Of a DNA stretch of 64,000 bases, positions 55,820-64,000 are shown piece by piece (position 1 is the first letter of the stretch; each line of letters opens with the position of its first letter). The stretch lies in NCBI RefSeq assembly GCF_022539665.2, contig NC_081333.1, positions 8,928,001-8,992,000 of the forward strand, given 5' to 3'. Source of the stretch: Daphnia carinata (lineage: Eukaryota). The position numbers and the translations under genes were made by a program. The notes below the pieces were generated by a model, which saw only the letters and a list, made by a program, of their open reading frames with translations, had not been told where the DNA came from and made no database searches.

Positions 55820-57142
55820 ATGGCCCGAAATGCAGAAAAAGCAATGTAAGTCGTGAGTTTCATTTTGTTTTTCATACAACAAATTGGTTGAATGTCTTCA
55901 TTCTTCACGAACATCCCTGCTTATGATGGCGTGTCACTAAAATAATTCTGTTTTCCTTAACATATGAAGGACAACGTTGGCACGTTTTAGAGCTGCACAA
56001 TTAGGAACCTTAGGAGGGAAGGATCGTAGGCCTTATTTGGCATCAGAGTGCAAAGATCTAAAGGAGTGTGAAAGATGGCGGAGAGAAATCTTAAGAGAAA
56101 TATCAAAAAAAGTTACACAAATTCAAAATGGTATTCTCTTTTTTTTTTTTTACTGCAATAAAAAATTTATTTGTATGCTTGCAATCTACAAGATGGGTTG
56201 TATTGAAGTTTAACTTTGTTTTGTTGCTTGTAGCTGGTCTTGGAGAATATAGAATCAGAGATCTTAATGATGAAATCAACAAATTACTGAGAGAAAAATA
56301 CCATTGGGAAGTTCAAATTTTTAATTTAGGTGGGCCAAACTACAGAAGAATAGGTCCTCGCTATCTTGATCGTGAAGGTCGAGAAGTTCCAGGAAACCGC
56401 GGTTATCGCTATTTCGGAGCAGCCCGCGAGTTACCAGGTAAATAAGACGAAAAACTGACATATACTCACCCACCCATATCCCCGCCCGCATTTTATGTTA
56501 CAGGTATTATCTATGCCTCATCTGTTCTTTTCGTACGCAGGTGTCAGGGAATTGTTTGAACAGGAGCCAATGCCTGTTCCCAAAAAGTCACGGGCTGAAC
56601 TAATGAAAGATATTGACGCCGATTACTATGGATACCGTGATGATGATGATGGCATTCTTATCCCTTTAGAACAAGAGGCTGAAAAAGAGGGTATCTTTTT
56701 TACTCATTATCATTTTCCATATTTACCAAAACTGTTTGTGATTTGTATTATAGCTATTGCAAAAGCAGTTGCTGAATGGCAAGCTAAAAAGGAGGCAGGA
56801 TTATTGGAACTTGATAAAAATAATGCAGAAGAAAACATTTACACAACGCGTAAACTTAAGGTTTGTTTGTCTGAAGTCCTCGTATTCTGAGATAACTAAA
56901 AAATGCATGGCTTTCTTTGAATTACATAGGATGATTCCGTCTTGGCGGACAGCGATGAAGAGATGGAAACTGAAGCGCCACGATTTGTAGCTCACGTTGC
57001 CGTTCCGTCTCAAAAGGAAGTAGAGGAGGCAATCCTTCGAAGAAAGAAGCAAGAGCTATTGGAGAAATATGTCAGTTCAGAACTGCTGATGGAGACAGAA
57101 GAGACGTCAAAGAATTTACAAGCAATGATTTCTGAAGCATGA
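55820..57142 (+). CDS. ISY1: Pre-mRNA splicing factor ISY1
   Basis: MARNAEKAM|TTLARFRAAQ; RRPYLASEC; AGLGEYRIRDLNDEINKLLREKYHWE; EVPGNRGYRYFGAARELP|GVRELFE; DADYYGYRDDDDG; HVAVPSQKEVEEAILRRKKQELLEKY. Confidence 0.97.
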
Positions 57143-57261
57143 ATTTTTACTTCCGAAAGACCGCATTAATAAACGTCAGCCACATTTTCAATTATCAGTC
57201 GATAAATTTTATTGTTGAGTAATCGGGTCGAGTCAACACAGACATTAGAAATAAAAAAAAT

Positions 57262-58816
57262 TCATACGGAGGGATCTCTGGGGTTTTGGATGTTGTCTAA
57301 CGGAGAAGGGGACGAAGAACCGGAGCTAGAGGATCGTAAAGATTCAGGCGACCGAGGAAGTTCCTGGTCCACAGGACGAGGAGATTGAAGCTGAGGAGGT
57401 TGCCTCGATGCTGGTTCAGGAACCACCTCAGGAGGTACCGGGAGGGGAAAAAATGGACGATCAATGATTCGTCTTAAGCGCACCATACCTGGGCCAACGT
57501 CAATAATTTCAATTCGTTCATGACGAGGAGGTTCCGCAGTCGCATCTCTTGAACTTGACACCGAGGATGGATGGCGTTTTACATCGTCTTGGAAAATAAA
57601 ATCACGATCTATCCACCAATCTGGTGAAATGAGTGAGCTATCTACTGTCCATTCCGGAAAATCGCACACGACTCGTAGAAGAGAAAATTCAGTTTTAAGC
57701 CGGATGACTCCTGGCTCCGTTACTTTGCTGCCACGGACATCCATCAGTTGAAGATTAGGCATGCTGTGAGCCAGGTGGCGTAAAGTCACATCACTAACTT
57801 CAGTATTGGTCAGTGTCAGCACCTCCAAGTGAGGAGCATACTCCTCTGGAGTATTAATACTTCGGTCTGTGACACGATCGATTTCATCGCTATCTTGTCT
57901 CCTACAGTATGGGAGGCAATCAGATATTTTCGCATTGTTTATTTGAACTTTGAATGGGGAGGAAACGTACCTGTGTAGTCTCCCGTCGATGTACAAGCGT
58001 TTTAATTTTGGTTTTGATTTAAACGCACGGACTTCGGCGTCAGATATAGCTGTTTCTCGCAAATCAAGAACTTCAATATTTTCGAAGCCAAACCTGGCAG
58101 ACAGGAATATATATGCCGCGCATGTTCCTACTTTTGCGCATCCTCTTAATCGTAAGATTTTTAATTTTGGACATTTGCTGATGGCCATCATCGAGTGGTC
58201 TTCAAACCACAAACAACCATTCAAGTTTAGGCTCTCTAAATTGGGTGTCTGGCTTGCCATGTTAAAGAAATAAGATTCTTTGACAGGGACATTAATCAGT
58301 TTACAGTTCTCCATTGACAGATGCTTGAATGTTGGAGGGAAGCATTTGTACGTAAGGATTGAAGCATTGATAAAGTGTTCCTCCAGTATCAAGGTTTCCA
58401 GATCTGTAAACTGGGTCACCAGCTCAAAAAGTGCAGGAGACAGACATTCTGTGTTTTCTTGAACTTTTCCTGATAGCAACTTCACTGATCCAGTTGATGC
58501 CAGTACCTTTGTCCCTCTATGAAAGCATTTGACTGCAACTTCAAGTTCTGCATGGGTAAGGAATCGAGAACGCAAATCTGCTTCTTTCCACAGGGTTCTA
58601 TCTTTACTGATTTTCTCCAGCCTCCTGCATACTCTGCAGATAAAAAAATTACAATAGTTATTGTTTAGTCAACCATTACACTACAAGTTAATAGGTCAAA
58701 TGAAAAAATAATTACTGTGCCACAGTAAGAATGTCTTGTAGTTTTAGAAATGACATGATTTGTAGAAGAATATCATCGGAAAGTCGCAAAATATGAGGTT
58801 CATAGTTCAGGGCCAT
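57262..58816 (-). CDS. F-box/leucine-rich repeat protein (FBXL type)
   Basis: F-box ILRLSDDILLQIMSFLKLQDILTVAQ|VCRRLEKISKDRTLW followed by LRRs (PNLESLNLNGC, CPKLKILRLRGC, PHLEVLTLTNT, PNLQLMDVRGS) and a Pro/Ser-rich tail. Three coding exons. Confidence 0.88.
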
Positions 58817-61800
58817 GGCTGGAGTAGCGCCTTTAACTGTGAATAAGGTATCCTGAGGTTTGTGTATGTTATTTATAAGACGAAGGTGAAGCTTTTTCAC
58901 CAACCACCAATCGAAAAAAAGACGTTAGAGGGTGCCAAACATAATATATAGGACTAAAAGTTAATAAACTATGCGGTAAACTTATGAGACACAAAAACAA
59001 AAAGGAAAACTAGCGAATATTTTCCAATAATCTTCAGAGTCCGTCTAAGGGGGTGTAAACTGCAAAGAAAAACAGAGCTATGCAGACGACAATGCACAAA
59101 GGAGGGCACTGCTAAACAGCAACGCTTGAACTTATTTGGTCACTCCTTTCTCATTTCTAGAAAATTATTCATTTTTCGTGGCTTTTTGAGATTAACAATA
59201 CATTGAGACGTTAAGGATAACCACGAGGTGAAACCTGAGATTTCTCTTCAAAAAGTTGGATGGCGGTAATTATTCGGTTTCCCGATGCCTGATCCAGAGG
59301 AGTCGCTGAAGGATTTAGCTTCTAAATTTATCCCATTGTTGATTGTTTTTTTGTGCTTTGCTGCTTTGTTAACGTGCTTCAGTCAAGTAATTACGAGACC
59401 TCACCCTTTTTAACGTGCATGAAAGAGACGATCGATTTCTTCGGTGAATTGATCATGGAAATTTTTCTGATATTCAATTTGTTTTTCTCGTTTCGTTTCC
59501 CACGATAAACAGATGCCAACATAGCAGTGCGTGTAAACCAAGTAAATGTTTAAATCAAAGAGAGAATAATGAAACCATAAACATTATCTTTTATAAGGTG
59601 ATGTATTTTCCCACGAAAATGTTCGGTATTTCATTGTATATACAAGCATTCGATTTTTTTGGGTATTTTTTCAATTTCTATATAGATTCAACATTGTCTT
59701 TCTGTTTCTTAAGTGTTAATATCGCGTTGATTTTTGTATGTTTGTTTTTTAAGCCTATCTTGATATTAATACTTTTCCCTGTGATCTTTCACGTTCCATT
59801 CACCGCGGTAGCGTGTGAGGTGACTTGAGCATCGCGGTAAACCTTTTTTTTTTCTTAACGTTCATCATTTCCATCAAAACGCTCGTTCAAAGTGTCAATC
59901 GTGGCGCGAAATTCGAAAACGGATCGGATAAGTTTTCGATTGTTCTTCAGTTGTTGATGTAAGTTGGTTGTTTGAACGACCAAAATTAAAAGACAAATCA
60001 AGGAGAAACTACACGAATCGAAAAAATTGGAATTCAAAAAACGAGAGAAAAATTTTCGACGGGTTGACTAGAGAAAGGAGAGCGCAAAAAAGAGGAGAAG
60101 AGATCGAGAGCGCGACAAGAAAACAATGACCAAAAAAGGTGGCATTTCGAAATGATGAGAAAGAGAATCAATGATAAAAATACACGAAACTATGAATAAC
60201 TACGGTAGACCAAACATACTGGCCTCGGTTCTTTGAAATAGGGGAGAAAGAACCGAACAACGTGACGAAATGAGAAAAAACAGGGACGAAATGAGCGAGC
60301 CAAAATATCTACGAAAATGTCAGAGCCAAGTTCGTAAACCAATCACTCGATTGCTTTGCTTTGGATGTTATTTTATCGCTCGCAAAAAGGAAAGAAAACG
60401 AATGCGTGCGGCGCAAAAACATGGAAAGCGCTAATTAATAATGATGAATTTAACCTTTTTCATAATTCTACTCACTACCGTAGGAATAAAAGAAAACTAG
60501 TTACCGCTACTCGACTCGATAAACAGGAGGGAAACGAGTGAAATTGAAAAAGATGACACGCAAAAAACGTCAAAGAACTAACTTTCTTAATTAAAAAAAA
60601 AGAATAAGAATAAATAAAAAAAATGAAACCTTTCCTCTCATTTCTCTGTCGTCAACTTCTTTAACAATAAAGGAATGTATCGACTAAACATCCGCAATCC
60701 TGACGTGTCTGTCCGCGACGCGCTCTTGCGATTAAGTAGACTTTTGCGAGTATTTCAGTTCTATCGTTGCACGCCTTAGCGTACGTTCATATATGTGTGG
60801 TGTGTGTGTCGTGTACGAATGTGTTTCACACAGGAAAAAAAGACAAACAAAAAATTAAACGAAATAATAAATGAAAAAGTTCGGAAAAATTGGTGTAACT
60901 GAAAGTGATAAACCAAGTAGGGGACATGAGGGGGAAAAAACCAAATAGCGAAATAAACGAATTCAGATAAATATCCAAAACTCGGTTTAAAAAAAAAATT
61001 AATAAATAAAAAAAAAATAGACACAAAAATTCTCAGTTAGTAAGGGCAAGGGTTCGTCTGAAAGTTAAGGATTAAAATGAAATTGTCTGGAATAACTCCC
61101 CAAAAGCCGGCCGTTCGATAATTTAAGCTTTGAAGGTTTTCGACTGACGGAAGGGAAGGAAAACATCATTCTGGGTGAGATTTGGGGAAAAGAAGGTGTA
61201 CGAAAGATAAACAAAAGTTTTTTTTTTTTGCACCATTCAAATTCACAGAATGGTCGAGAACACGTTGTTGACGAGGACAAAAGTGAAAACGATTTGCATT
61301 CACTCTTTTTTCTGTTTTTTCCAGAAGAAAAAAAATATTATATCCTTCAACCAAGTGACTAGCAATCTCTTTCTCTCTTTTTTTTTTTTTTTTTTTTTTT
61401 ACAATTGATGAGATCCATTTCTTGCCTCGCTGCGAAAAAAAATGATTCGCAAATCGTCTCGACTATATCTCGCGCGTCTAATTCTCCTCGTTGCTTCATT
61501 TTCTCTTCCGTTTTTCTATGCGTACTGCAATTTTTAAATAACGTCGCTTGAGCAGAGCTGACTAGCTTTGTAAACGATGAACTTTTGATGAGAAGATATC
61601 TTTGTAAACCGATAATTGGTTTGTGGAGTGGGGTGAGTTAGGATGGGTGTGTTCCAGGATGATTTTTTCTTTCCTGTCTTAAATGCTCGCAGACGAGTCA
61701 AGTGCGAGAGATGTTTTGCGGGGAGGAGGGCTTGTCTTCTTTCTGTTGTTTTTCTTGGAGGGAGGTTGTCAGCTACTAAAGCGTGAGTGTGTGTGTGGTG

Positions 61801-61860
61801 TGTGTGTACGTGTAACATGTGTGGATGTAAGTGGCTGGTTCTGGCAAATGGGCGCCCCAT

Positions 61861-64000
<2,140 letters not shown>

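Noticed and set aside
4399..57970. Several stop-free introns of length 3n (4399-4476, 16479-16541, 41122-41199, 47037-47096, 51028-51087, 57902-57970) that the ORF track reads through
   Set aside because: With roughly a hundred very short introns, several such cases are expected by chance; each has normal GT-AG signals and no evidence of regulated retention.

Overview
Gene-dense eukaryotic DNA with many short (~55-90 nt) spliceosomal introns. Gene content and intron size suggest a compact arthropod genome, possibly a Daphnia-like crustacean (inference). I can support 12 protein-coding genes, 10 of them on the minus strand. In order: a FERM/RhoGEF FARP/Cdep gene (runs off the left edge), MTA1-like, an Ork1-like two-pore K+ channel, a DNAJC4/DnaJ-60-like J protein, GCN2, dynactin p27 (DCTN6, plus strand, missed by the ORF track), HUWE1, UROD, ARIP4/RAD54L2, ISY1 (plus strand), an F-box/LRR gene, and the 3' part of an ELAV-family gene (runs off the right edge). 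I found no CRISPR array, rRNA, intact tRNA or recognisable transposase, and I cannot demonstrate a wholly new biological system. The most interesting signals concern RNA processing: (1) three frame-preserving cassette exons (9, 108 and 42 nt) in the ELAV hinge, two of which I do not recognise; (2) a three-way choice of 3' ends in FARP; (3) a 22-nt microexon in MTA1 and two GC-AG introns; (4) an unexplained ~1.5 kb island between UROD and ARIP4 carrying two divergent tRNA-like Pol III units. All exon structures were read by eye and need RNA-seq confirmation.
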